Shown one piece after another: positions 46,366-58,660 of a stretch of 64,000 nucleotides of DNA. Position numbers and translations under genes: made by a program. Each line of letters opens with the position of its first letter. Positions within the stretch are counted from its first letter, which is position 1. This DNA is from Mobula hypostoma (taxonomy: Eukaryota): contig NC_086097.1 in the NCBI RefSeq assembly GCF_963921235.1, forward strand, positions 83,950,001 to 84,014,000, written 5' to 3'. Below the pieces are notes generated by a model. It was not told where the DNA came from, ran no database searches, and saw nothing but the letters and a program-made list of their open reading frames with translations.

Positions 46366-47737
46366 GGTAGATGGTATTCCAGAGCGGAGTTGCAGGATGT
46401 GTCCTTAATGTTTTGTATGATACAATGCAGCATTTCTGCTCTATTTACTAATGCCAAACATTGACATCTCATGGAGGCAATTTCAGAACTCAGGTTTGAA
46501 GTAAATTTGCTGCTTTAACATCAGCAATAATTCCCAAGATTTGATTCTACTGTTGGGTAACTACTTTTTCTTCCAGGAAGCTGATATATGGTGTAGTATG
46601 ACTCCAGGGTCAAGATACTTTTCACAGCTGTGAACCTAGACATAGTTTTGATCTTTCAAAAGGGGTCTTGGGGTGAGTCTGACCATCATTGTGTTCAACT
46701 GATGTCTAATATTTTGAGCTGCTTTGGCCAATCATGATAATCATTTGCAAGTGTACAAACATTTTCGATTTCTCTCTGATGAACCATCACTTTTGGTTGT
46801 GTTATGGCTTAGTAAATTCTATGATACATGTATGTAGATGGAAAGGAATTAAAATTGAGGTCCAGAATTTGTGTTTGAGGTTAACTTAAAAATTATTTCA
46901 GTGTTGCCTTTGTAGCAGGTATTCTGGCAAAGTCAATAAAAGAATTTAGTAGCTGGAAATACATGGCAGCTTTTATATAGAGAGAAACAAAACTGGTCAT
47001 CTGCAGAACAGTGGGGGGGAAAGTAGTCATGGTAGTGTGGAGATTTTGATGAAGCTGTAGAGAAGAAAGCTGTTGCTTTTAAATCTGAAATGAAGGAGAA
47101 TGCTGGAAATACTCAGCAGTAACGGCAGTATCAATGAAAAGACAGTAGAACAACATTAACTGAATGAGAAAATGTCAAAAGGATCCAGTTCTGACCAATG
47201 AAAAAGCCTGGTTACCTGAAACTGAATTCAATTCTGAGTGCTGAGGGCTTGGACTTATGAAAAGTAGGAAGCCAAAGAAATTCCATAGTTGGGAGGTCAA
47301 AATACAGATTGGGTGACTACTTTTACAGGATTTCTTCATTTGAATATTTTGTACCAATTGAAGTAAAATTCACATGGCACTTGCTATTGCACCTTTCTGG
47401 GATAGTTTCTTACAGTCAATTTATTATCAAAAGTATGTGTATGTCACCATATACTACCTTGAGATTTATTTTCTTGTGGACATTCACAGCAGAAGAGAAA
47501 TGCAATGGAATTTTTAAAAAGTAGGATTAATGAAAAAATGCAGAATCAGTGGATTTTCGTTAGTGGGACCACTACATTTTGGCCCAATTAGCCAAAGCTT
47601 CATGGGAGTAATTAAAAGCATTAAAGACAAATTATTGAGTAAAAGATTATTTAAATAAAATACAGTATACTATAGTACTAAAAAGCTAAACTAATAATTA
47701 CCAACTGAGGAATTTATCCAATACGTGCTACCATGTT

Positions 47738-50435
47738 AAACATAGAACAGTACCAGCACAAAAGCAACCTCTTTGGCCCAGTGTTGTGCTGAATCAGCTA
47801 AAAAGCAAATCAATACCCAAACACTAACTCATCTTAGCTACATGATGTCCATATCCCTCCATCTTCCTTACATTCTTGTGCCTATCCAATTGTCTCTACC
47901 ACAATACCGTACAGTGCATTCCAGCCATTCATGACTCAACCCTCACATCTCCCTCTTCAATGCACCTCCTCTGGTATTAGACGTTTCAAACCTGGGAAAC
48001 ATAATCTCTGTCCACTCTGTCTATACCTCTCAACACTGGACAACAAATTTTTTCGGAAGAGTTGCTTCCTCAGAATTTTTTTTTGCTTATGAGAGACTGC
48101 TTGAAGATGAACACAAATTTAATTACAAATTTAATTTCAAGCTACTTGTATCATGTAGGAATTTGGAGAAACAAATTAACTTTTATTGACTATAATGTGT
48201 TTAATTGCATAATGGCGCTGATGCTTTGCAATAGTTCAACTAAGTTAAAAATACTTTGTTAATGATTTTCATTTGTACTCAGTGTCTTGAGTCTTTTCGC
48301 TTAAGTGTCCAACAATAATTCACCAGCATTGATAGATTCCAGTTTCCCTGGTATCTTTTCTCCATGATTGCAATTTCCTGGTGAAACCTTTCACTATGCT
48401 TGTCACTAACAGCACCAAGATTTGCAGGGAAGAAGTCTAAATGGGAATGAAGAAAATGAATCTTTAGTGACATGTTGCATTTCATGGTTTTATGTGCTTG
48501 AAGCATGCTTTCAACCAGCTGCATGTAGTTTGGTGCTCTGTAGATGCCAAGAAAAATTTCAACAACTTCCTTGAATGTCTTCCATGTGATTTTCTCCAGT
48601 CCCACTAGAAATTCTTCAAATTGCCAGTCATCAATGACCTGTTTGATTTGTGGACCAAGAAAAATGCTTTCCTTAATCTTGGCATCAGTTATTCTGGGAA
48701 GCATCTATCTCAAATATCAAAATCTTTCATAGAAATTTTTGTGCCTGGTGATAGCAAATTCCATCCTTATAGTCCTAAACCTAATAATTATTACTAAAAC
48801 CCGTCCTGCCATGCAGCAGCCACGCCGCCTAAGCATGCCCAAGCTGCCTGGACAAGATAGGAAACTTTCCAGCTTACATTGTATGCAACATTTTAATTGA
48901 CTTGAATTATGAATTGAAATAATAAACTTGTTTATTTAAAAAATGGCGTGTGATAGGAAATTTCATGGTGATTTTCATGATCAGTAGCCTAAAATTCATG
49001 AGATACACCTAAAGGTATCGAGGAAGCAAAATCTTTGTTGTCCAAGTGAAAAGTAAACCTCTATCAGATCTTCCCTCAGCCTCTGAAGCTCCAGAGAAAA
49101 CAACCCAAGTTCATCTGGCTTCTTATGGTAGCACATGTACTCTAAACCAGACAGCATCCTGGTAAATCTCTTATGCACTGTCTCCAAAGCCTCAACATGC
49201 TTCCTATATAATGGGACAACCAGAAATGTATGCAATAATCCAGTTATGGCCTAGCCAGTTTTATGGAGTTGAATCATAACCTGACTTGAACTCAATGTCT
49301 TGACTAATAAAACAAGGATTCTTTAAGCCTTCTTAACCTAACCACCTTATTGACCTGTGCAGCCACTGTCAAGGAGCTATGAGCTTGGATCCCAAGATCT
49401 CTGATCAGCAACACTGTTAAGGATCTTGCCCTTAACAGTGTGCTGTCTCCTTGCATTTTCCCTACCACGATGCAACATTTCACATTTATCTAGGTTAAAT
49501 TCTATCTGCCATTTCTCAGCCCATATCTGCAACTGGTCTAGATTGTGCTGTATTCTTTGCCAGTTTTCTACACCATCCACAACTTCTCCAATCTTGGTAT
49601 CACCTGCAAAATTACTAACACACCCATCCACATTTTCATCCAGGTCATTTATATACGTTACAAAGAGCAGAGGTCCTAGCACAGATCCCCACAGAACTTC
49701 ACTAATTACAGACCTCCAGCTCAAATAAGTCCCTTTGACCACTACCCTGACTTTTCTGTGCAAGCCAGTTTTGAATCCAAACAGCCAATTCGCTGCAGAA
49801 CCCATGCACCTTAATCTTCTGGATTAGCTTCCCAAAGGAACTTTGTCAAAAGCCTTACTGAAGTCCATGTACACAACATCCACCGCCCTACCCCTACTAA
49901 TCTCTCAAATCACCTTGTCAATCAGTCTGGTAAGGCATGACCTACCACACTGGTTCTCCCTAATTAGGCCAGGGGTTTACAAATGCTCATATATCCTATC
50001 CCTAAGAATTTTCTCTTGCAATTCCCCTACAACTGACATGAGACTCACTGGTCTATAGTTCTCAGGATTTCCCCTCATTCCCTTCTTAAATAGAGGTGCA
50101 ATACTAGCCACTTGCCAGTCCTCCGGGACCTTACCTGTGGCAAGGGAGGATGTAAAGATACCGGTCAAGGGCCCAGCAATCTTGTCTCAGCCTCCTTCAA
50201 TAATCTGGGCAAAATCCAATCAGGCCTTGGGGATTTACCCATGATAATACTCATTAGGAGGCCCAACACTTCATCATACTTGAGCTCTAAGTACCCTAAC
50301 CTATTAATACACTCAGCACTGATCTCTTGGTCCTCCATACCCTTTTCCTTGGTAAATACTGAAGGAAAGTACTCATTAAGTACCTCACTCATATTCTTAG
50401 CATCTAAGCAAATGTCAACCAATGACCCCAATCCT
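47738..50435 (-). mobile_element. Degenerate CR1 LINE split by a Chapaev-like element
   Basis: AAACATAGAAC tail; LNEYFPSVFTKE, VPEDWQVASIAPLFKKG, GSVLGPLLFVTYINDLD, FAGDTKIG peptides. Confidence 0.88.
48034..49048 (-). mobile_element. Internally deleted Chapaev (CMC, Chapaev3-like) DNA transposon
   Basis: TIRs CACTGGACAACAAA / TTTGTTGTCCAAGTG; ORF 48279..48704 has MSLKIHFLHSHLDFFPANLGAVSDKHSERFHQEI...RYQG, matching the Chapaev transposase C-terminus. Confidence 0.82.
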
Positions 50436-50808
50436 TGAGTGTTCTTTTGAAAGTAAACGAACAAAATCAGCACAGACACCTAATGTAGCATGGAGTGCTT
50501 TCATACAATGCTTTTGATCACTCTATCTTCCAAATCTTCATTGTAACATTCATGATGATTGTCAAAACCTTCAAATTCTAAGTAGTTCCTAATTTGTTGA
50601 AGTATGATATTTAATTTCACTTACAGCCATTTCTGGCGTGAATACTCGAAACCGTACTGAGCAATACAGTTCTGAATTGTCTTACTGCTTATTTTCCGCC
50701 AACTATCAGTGACACATTCACTGGTTTTTGAACACAAACACTTGCAGCTGACACTACGTTAAAACTTACAAGCATGGCGTAGCGTCTAATGGCCAAGCAA
50801 GTGCACAT

Positions 50809-53045
50809 TAGATTTAGATAGGTAGCTTATTGATCACAAAAGAAATTACAGTGTCAAGTAGCATTACAAGTGTACAGATATACACATATTAGAAGAGAAG
50901 TAAGAAAGAATAAAAAAGTTATCTTAAAAATATGTACAAGTCAAAAATTATATGATTTACAATATTTCCAAGTTCACACTGATAAGAATTATGCAAGAAT
51001 TACTGTAATATTATACAGTAAAGGATGCACATTCACATTGTCCAGGTAAGAAGTGATGGTCGTGTTGCCCAGGGTTTCCGCAATAGCAGGGTGTGATAAA
51101 CAGAGCTTCAACAGAGGTTAGTAACAGTCTAACAGGAGGGAGTCATCACTTCCCCGGCTATAGGTTGGCTCATTATAGAGCCTAATTGCCAAGGGTAAGA
51201 ATGATCTCATATATCACTCGTTGGAGCAGCCCAGTTGTTTTAGTCTATTACTGAAAGTGCTCTGTTCAGCCAAGGTGGCATGCAGAGCATGAGAAACATT
51301 GTCCAGAATTGCCAGAGGATCCTTTGTTCTACCACAGCCTCCAGTGTGTCCAGTTTGACTCCTATAACAGAGCCAGTCTTTCTAATCAGTTTATTGAGCC
51401 TTTTGGCATCACCCGTGTTGATGTCATTGCCCCACCACATCATCATATAGAGGATTGCACTGGCAACAACAGACTGGTGAACATGTGAAGGAGAGGCCTC
51501 CATACTCCAAAGGATCTCAGTTTCCTCAGGAAGTAGAGGCAACTCTGGCCCTTCTTGTACATAGCCTTTGAGTTGGTGCTCCGCTCAAGTCTGTCATCTG
51601 GGTGTACCCCTGGGTACTTGAAATTCCTCATCACATCCACATCCTCACCATCAATAGTAACAGGGAGCAGTGAAGGCTTAGACTTCCTGAAGTCTATCAC
51701 CATCTCTTTTGTGCTACTGATGTTGCTCTGCAGATGATTCAGCTTGCACCATTTGACAAAGTCCTCCACCAGGGCCCTGTATTCATCCTCCGGTCCTCCC
51801 TTTATACACCCAACAATTGCTGAGTCATGAAAGAATTTCTGCAGATGACATTACTCAGTGTTGTATCTTAAGTCCGAGATATACAGGGTAAAGAAGAAGG
51901 GATCCACTAGAGTCCCCTATGGGGCCCAGTGCTGCTTATAGCCATGTCCGACACACAGCTCTGAAGCCACACAAACTGTGGCCTGCCAGTCAGGTAGTCC
52001 ATTATCCAGGATACAATGGAATGCATTGAATGGAGCTTTAACCCCACAATGAGGGCTTATGGTATTGAAGACACTTCAGAAATCAAAAATACATGATCCT
52101 CACAGTGCTGCCCTGCTTATCCAAATGGGAGTAGGCTCTGTTCAGCAGGTAGATGACAGCATCGTCGACTCCAATGTGCTCCTTGTAGGCAAACTGTAGG
52201 GGATAGAGGTCTGATCTGACCAGGGGTTGGAGGTGAGCCAGGACCACCGTCTCTTCATGACGTGTGACGTCAGGGCCACTGGACGGTAGTCATTCAAGAC
52301 TTTCAGTTGGCCCTTCTTGTGTACTGGGACTACACATGATGTTTTCCACACAGTTGGGACCCTTTCCAGGCTGAGACTCAGATTGAAACTGCGTTGGAGA
52401 ACTCCACACAGCTGCTCAGCACACTCCTTCAGGACTCAGGGGTTCACACCATCTGGCATTGCCATGTTTGAGTTTCCCCAGAGCCCACTTCACCTGCTTA
52501 GCAGTGACGGTGAGTCCGTGATGACTGGGGAGTTGGTGGAAGGCGGGGACTAGGGGAGGTGAAGATTGGGACATTAGCAGTTGGCATGTGGAGGTGTGGA
52601 TGGTAGGTGCAGGGCAAGGAGGTGATGTAGACAGTGGTAGCCTGTGTTGTTCTGGAGGGAGGGGCTATTGGTTCTGAGGGAGCCTGGGCTGGTGTGCTGA
52701 GGGGGGGGGGGTGTGAAGAGGAGGGCAATTGTCAAACCTATTGAAGAATTGGTTTAACTCATTCACCCATTCACGGCTGCATTCCCACGCTCTATAGCTA
52801 GGCTGATTTGAAGGCAGTGATGTTCTTCATGCCTCTCCACATCTCCTGTGTGTTACTCTGCCCAAGGTCTCCCCTGTATTCCCCTCTAACCACCTTGATC
52901 TTTTCCTTTAGCTCCCTCTGCACATGTTTCAATTCCTCCCTGTCTCCTGATTTAACGGCTGTCTTTCCGTGGTTGAGAAGAGCCTTCAGATCACTGGTAA
53001 TCTGTTGCTAGGGAAGCAGCAAACAGTACTTGATAGTATTGCAGC
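50809..53045 (-). mobile_element. Degenerate Rex1/Babar LINE (RT region to 3' tail)
   Basis: WKTSCVVPVHKK...NDYRPVALTSHVMK, FVKWCKLNHL...TKEMVIDFRK, KKGQSCLYFLRKLRSF peptides. Confidence 0.85.
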
Positions 53046-56000
53046 ACTGTTGATGCTAGTTAGAAAAAGTCTCCTGTCCCAAATGGTGGAAATCACAGCT
53101 ATTTTCTCAATTAGTCTTTGTTCTTGAAGAGTTGTTCCCAATAAGTGGCTGCCCCAATTACCCGATGGCCCAATAGAGTCCACTGTATATTAAACATAAA
53201 GTAATTAAATAATACTGAGAACATGAGCTGTAGTCCTTGAAAATGAGTCGCTTGGTTGTGAAATCATTTCAGAGTTGAGGTGAGTAAAATTATCCATGCT
53301 GGTTCAGGAGTCTAGTGGTTGAAGGATAATAACCATTCCTGAACGTGATGGTGTGGGTCCTTCAGATAGCAGCAAGGAGAAGAGAGCATAGCCTGGATGA
53401 TCAATGCTGCTTCCTTATGGCAGTGCTCCTGTAGATGTGATCTATAGTGGGAAGGGTTTTGCCTCTGATGGACTGGGCTGTGTCCATTACTTTCTGTTGG
53501 CTTTTCCATTCCTGGGCATTAGTGTTTCCATACCAGGTCATGATGCAACCAGTCAGGATACTCTCCACTGTGCATCTATAGAATTTTGTCAAAGTTGTAG
53601 ATGACATGCCAAATCTGTGCAAACTTCTGAAAAAGTGGAGGTGCTGTTGTGCTTTCATTGTTATGGCACTTACGTGCTGGTCTCAGGACAGATCCTCAGA
53701 TACAATAATACCAAGAAATTGAGAGTTACTGACCCTCTTCCTCCTCTGATCCCCTAATGAGGACCGGCTTATCGACCTTCGGTTTCTTTCTCCGGTCAGT
53801 AATCCAGACTGCTTTTGCTGACATTGAGTGAGAAGCTATTGTGGCACCATTCGACTAGATTTTCAATCTCCCTCCCATATGCCAATTCATTACCACCTTT
53901 GATTCAGCCAACAACAGTGGTGGTGTCAGCAAACTTATATATGTGACATTGGAGCTATACTTAACCACACAGTCGTAAGTATAAAGTAAGTAGAGTGACA
54001 GGCTAAGCACACAGCCTAATGGTGCACCTGTGCTAAGGGTGATTGTGGAGGAGGTGAAGTTGCCAATCTGCACTGACTGGGGTCTGCAAGTGAGAAAATT
54101 GAGGATCCAGTTGCACAAGGAAGTATCAAGGCCTAGGTCTCGGAGCGTAGTGATTACACTTGAAGATGATAATGTTGAATGTTATCATACTTGTAATTTC
54201 GTCCTTTATAGTGCATTCCAAAGGGCATAATAATAGGATTCTCCCACTTATTGATCTCACTGAGGTTTTTGCGTCCAGCAGTTGTGAAAAAGGTTGTTGT
54301 ATTACAGTTCTGACTAAAAGTAGCTTGCTTCACTAAGAATGGATCAAATACAGCTCAGTGGATGAACTTTGCAGTGGAAACCACTCACTTTCATAGGGTG
54401 AAGCATTGGGCATGTAACTACCACATGTAACTTCATGGAGCTACCATACCCGTGACTGATGATGAAGTTCCTACTGGTAGCTAAGTATAGTTACATCTTG
54501 GATCTATCATTTACCAGAAAGACTGCCACATTTCAAGAAGTACCTTTTACAGAAGAAGAAAAAGTAAGTCTTTGAAATGTCGGTTCACAATTGGATTTTA
54601 CAACACTTCAGAGAAACTTTGTAGAACTAAAATTGTAATGGTGCTCTGCAATTTGGTTTATTGACTGTTGAAATGTGAAGCAAAGTCAGTTATCCACTGG
54701 GAGGGTAACATATTGTGGAGTTTCACAATATAAAATAAAAAATATATATCGGGAAAATGAAGACCAAACATAAGTAAACTTGCCATTTGCACTTTTGTTA
54801 AGGTGAAAAGTGTGCTTCGCATTGCTCTGATGTGAATCAAGTGGAAAATTATTTAAAACATTTTCACATACTTTTACAAGTGATCTCAAAATCACTAGCG
54901 GTATAAAGAAAGTATTTGCAGTCTCCAGCTTTTGATTGTGTCTTAAAAGCCTCCTATGATAAGCTATGAGATATACCCTATGAACATGATTCAAAACTGA
55001 TAGTTGAGGGTACTGTACATGAAAATCCTTTAAAAGATTAATCTCACAGCTTTCTATTATGTTAAAAAGAAACCTTCACTCATCAGATGATTTTGTTATT
55101 GTTAGGAAAGTTATTTTTCATCTTCATTAATAATATACATTATATTTTTACATTTTACATATTTTTATATTTTTACATACAATATGTCTGACTACTTTGC
55201 TATTTTTTTAAATCTGGTAGTTACATCTTTTAGATGTGGTTTTATCAATACAGTCCTAAAATAAACTTCTGTAGCAGAAACTGTATGATACTGTGGATTC
55301 AATACTAGTTTTCAGCATTATGCGCTAGACAGTGAAAGACAAAATACCCACTTGTATTTATGACATTTTTTGGCAACTTCGGTTTGTTATTCAGTCTTTT
55401 AAGCCTTCCCATTCACCTTTCAATTAAATCATGAGTATTCTGTGATATACCACCATAAAGTGTAATACCTTTGGTTAACAGAAATGTCTCAGATTTTAAA
55501 TTTGTAATGGGTTTAGATCATTTGCAGTTTGGGGAACAGTTTTACATGCCTTGCAATTGAAGTGTTCATTAGCAATTCCTGAAAACTGAATATAAGTTAA
55601 CAAATTTTTCCTATGTCTTTAATACTTAAATTCAAGAAACCTCCCTAACTACATTTCAAGGAATATAACTCCATTTTGTTCTTCTAATACATTATATCTT
55701 CTAAATATCTTCATAAGATAGCTCATAATCCAGGCAATGAATCTACAGTGCATTTTCTTAGTGAAAATCTTCCTACAATGCTATGCATGGAAATGCTCTC
55801 AAAGTTCCAGGGTGACCCAACCAGCCTTTCGTTTGGTTCTAACATCAACACCATTTTCTCTTAAGTTATTGAATGTGGGGAAGTGTTCCAAAATCTCTGG
55901 TGTGCTCTTCATGTGTATGTTGAACTTTCCCTCAGTATAAACATCATATACATCGAGGTTGTGCACATATGCACAATAAGTCCCTGTTTAAAGTGAATCT

Positions 56001-56427
56001 TCCAATGTGGACCAATTTAAATTCCTGAATGCAACTCTTCAAATAAACAGACTTCACTAAAGGATTTGATAGTCATAGGTGCCCGCCTCACAGCAATCAA
56101 AGTCAAGATACAATAAAATGATTACACTTCTACGTGAGCTGAGCACATTAAATAGTTTCCTCACCGTGAGTGAAGTTTTCCATAGTTAAACAGATAAGTT
56201 GAGGGATGGAATTTATTCCAAGTATAATAAACCAAGAAGACAAGAAGGTGTGAGGGTTCAGTCACCCTTCACTTCCCATTGCAATGTTGAGACATAGTTT
56301 TATTTATTTACTGGTCTATTCGAGCATATGTAGAGAACCCACTCACATACAGAGATCCTGGATGATTCAAGAATCGCAACGTGAACAATGATTATTATAC
56401 CCTAGGCAAAGTTATCTGTGAGATAGG

Positions 56428-56506
56428 TCAAGCAACATACACAAAATACTGGTGGAACGCAGCAGGCCAGACAGCATCCATAGGAAGAAGCACAGTCGAC
56501 GTTTCA
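56428..56506 (-). mobile_element. Short Penelope pseudo-LTR fragment truncated inside the hammerhead
   Basis: Alignable to 18415-18493; stops after GTCGACGTTTCA. Confidence 0.7.
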
Positions 56507-57380
56507 TAGTCATGTGACAGAAGTCATCCAGTTATAAGGTTACACGTGACTGATGAACATTCTTTTGACCAAACTACAATAATTTAGTTATCACTTCTTG
56601 ACCAGCTTGAGTCAGTATCCAATGGTAATAAACATCTTTAATTTCCTGCATCCCCTCCCCCCACCTCCTTTCATCCATTGCTATTCCATAGCCTTCTTGT
56701 AAGGTTCATTTAGGATTTAGGCATTGTCCTGCTTTTCATGTTATGTTAACCCAAGCCTTAAATGCCATGGGTGTAGTAACTACAAAGACTTCTGCAATCC
56801 TATGACGTTAGTGATGGGAACCTTATTCCCTGGACCTGTCATTATTGTTTGTACTACTAAGCCTGCCAGCTCAATTATACAAGTTAGCACTGACTTGCTT
56901 AATAAGTTAGGGATCTTTGTTCTGCTACAACATGCTTTATTCTGGCTGTGTCAATGTACAGAGTGTCACCCTTTCAAAAGGAGATTTACAGTTAGATGAT
57001 TTCATTCCTTAAATGCTTTATCAATTACTCAGTTAAGAGAGCCTAACTTTATGTATCTTTCCTTAGGGCAATCAGTACAGAAAATAACTCCTTGTATAAC
57101 TTTTGTACAATTTACATTTAATTTATGTATTTCTTTTGAATGATTTGTCTTTAATGTAATGTACCCGTGATGTTGCTGCAAATATGTTTTACATTGCACC
57201 TGTGCATACTTATACTTGTGCATATGATAATAAACCCGACGATTTTACTTGAGTGAAGGAGAGAGAGAGAGCCTGTGGTATGTCAAATTACCGGGTGAAC
57301 GAGTTGCCTTTGGGGTATTGCAAGTCTGTGTCTGTATTGATGCTTTGTTGCCTGCTTGAGTACTTGGTGAAGAGTGCTGA

Positions 57381-57480
57381 TGGGGGAGGGGGGTCGTTGC
57401 CTTGCTGGTGGGGGGGGGGTGTCATTGCCTTGCTGGTGGGGGAGGGGAGGGTCATTGCCTTGCTGGTGGGGGAGGGGGGA
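57381..57480. repeat. G-rich ~30-bp minisatellite (3 units) within an unclassified repeat
   Basis: GTC(A/G)TTGCCTTGCTGGTGGGGG repeated three times. Confidence 0.8.
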
Positions 57481-57712
57481 TTGCTGCCTGAACATAGAAG
57501 GGACTGTGGGATTCTAGCATTTAACTGTCATTCATTATTTAGGGCACTCCTCTGTTTTCGTGGATGCTTGCAAAGAAGAAGAATTTCAGGAAGTATATTG
57601 TATACATTTCTCTGACATTAAATGTACCCATTGAACCTATTGATATGGTCATTATTAATAATCGAACCTGAGTGAATCTAACAGTATTATAAAAGAGTTG
57701 AAGCAGGTACTG

Positions 57713-58649
57713 CAAACAGCAGGAATTCTGCAGATGCTGGAAATTCAAGCAACACACATCAAAGTTGCTGGTGAACACAGCAGGCCAGGCAGAATCTCTA
57801 GGAAGAGGTACAGTCGACGTTTCAGGCCGAGACCGTTCGTCAGGACTAACTGAAGGAAGAGTTAGTAAGAGATTTGAAAGTGGGAGGGGGAGGGGGAGAT
57901 CCAAAATGATAGGAGAAGACAGGAGGGGGAGGGATGGAGCCAAGAGCTGGACAGGTGATTGGCAAAAGGGATACGAGAGGATCATGGGACAGGAGGTCCG
58001 GGAAGAAAGACAAGGAGGGGGGAACCCAGAGGATGGGCAAGGGGTATAGTCAGAGGGACAGAGGGAGAAAAAGGAGAGTGAGAGAAAGAATGTGTGTATA
58101 AAAATAAATAACAGATGGGGTACGAGGGGGAGGTGGGGCATTAGCAGAAGTTAGAGAAGTCGATGTTCATGCCATCAGGTTGGAGACTACCCAGACGCAA
58201 TATAAGGTGTTGTTCCTCCAACCTGAGTGTGGCTTCATCTTTACAGTAGAGGAGGCCGTGGATAGACATGTCAGAATGGAATGGGATGTGGAATTAAAAT
58301 GTGTGGCCACTGGGAGATCCTGCTTTCTCTGGCGGACAGAGCGTAGGTGTTCAGCAAAGCGGTCTGCCGTCTGCGTCGGGTCTCGCCAATATATAGAAGG
58401 CCGCATTGGGAGTATTGGACGCAGTATATTACCCCAGTCGACTCACAGGTGAAGTGTCGCCTCACCTGGAAGGACTGTTTGGGGCCCTGAATGGTGGTAA
58501 GGGAGGAAGTGTAAGGGCATGTGTAGCACTTGTTCCGCTTACAAGGATAAGTGCCAGGAGGGAGATCAGTGGGGGGGACGAATGGACAAGGGAATCGCGT
58601 AGGGAGTGATCCCTGCGGAAAGCAAAGGGGGGGGAGGGTAAGAGGGAAA
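57713..58649 (-). mobile_element. 5'-truncated Penelope-like element (GIY-YIG + pseudo-LTR)
   Basis: GVIYCVQYSQCGLLYIGETRR and DRFAEHLRSVR peptides; 13-bp TSD GAAGC(A/G)GGTACTG (57700-57712, 58650-58662). Confidence 0.9.
57812..57847 (-). ncRNA. Minimal hammerhead motif with one stem II substitution
   Basis: AGUC-CUGACGA-ACGGUCUCGGCCU-GAAA-CG-UC/GACU. Confidence 0.6.
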
Positions 58650-58660
58650 GAAGCGGGTAC

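Larger units (their letters stand above)
47547..53185. mobile_element. Non-autonomous Tc1-mariner/Tigger-like element in three pieces (47547-47737, 50440-50808, 53045-53185)
   Basis: Degenerate TIRs CAGTGGATT...GGGACC / GGCCCAATAGAGTCCACTG followed by TA. Confidence 0.55.
47415..54175 (-). mobile_element. Degenerate Rex1-like LINE, split by nested insertions (tail 47415-47545, body 53190-54175)
   Basis: [18 protein letters not shown]...[11 protein letters not shown] and KAQQHLHFFRSL...FYRCTVESILTGC peptides; tail similar to 32608-32700. Confidence 0.7.

Noticed and set aside
56724..56880. Cys-rich ORF LSCFSC...C..C......C resembling a Ly6/three-finger exon
   Set aside because: Cysteine spacing is off, and I found no signal-peptide exon or CCxxDxCN exon.
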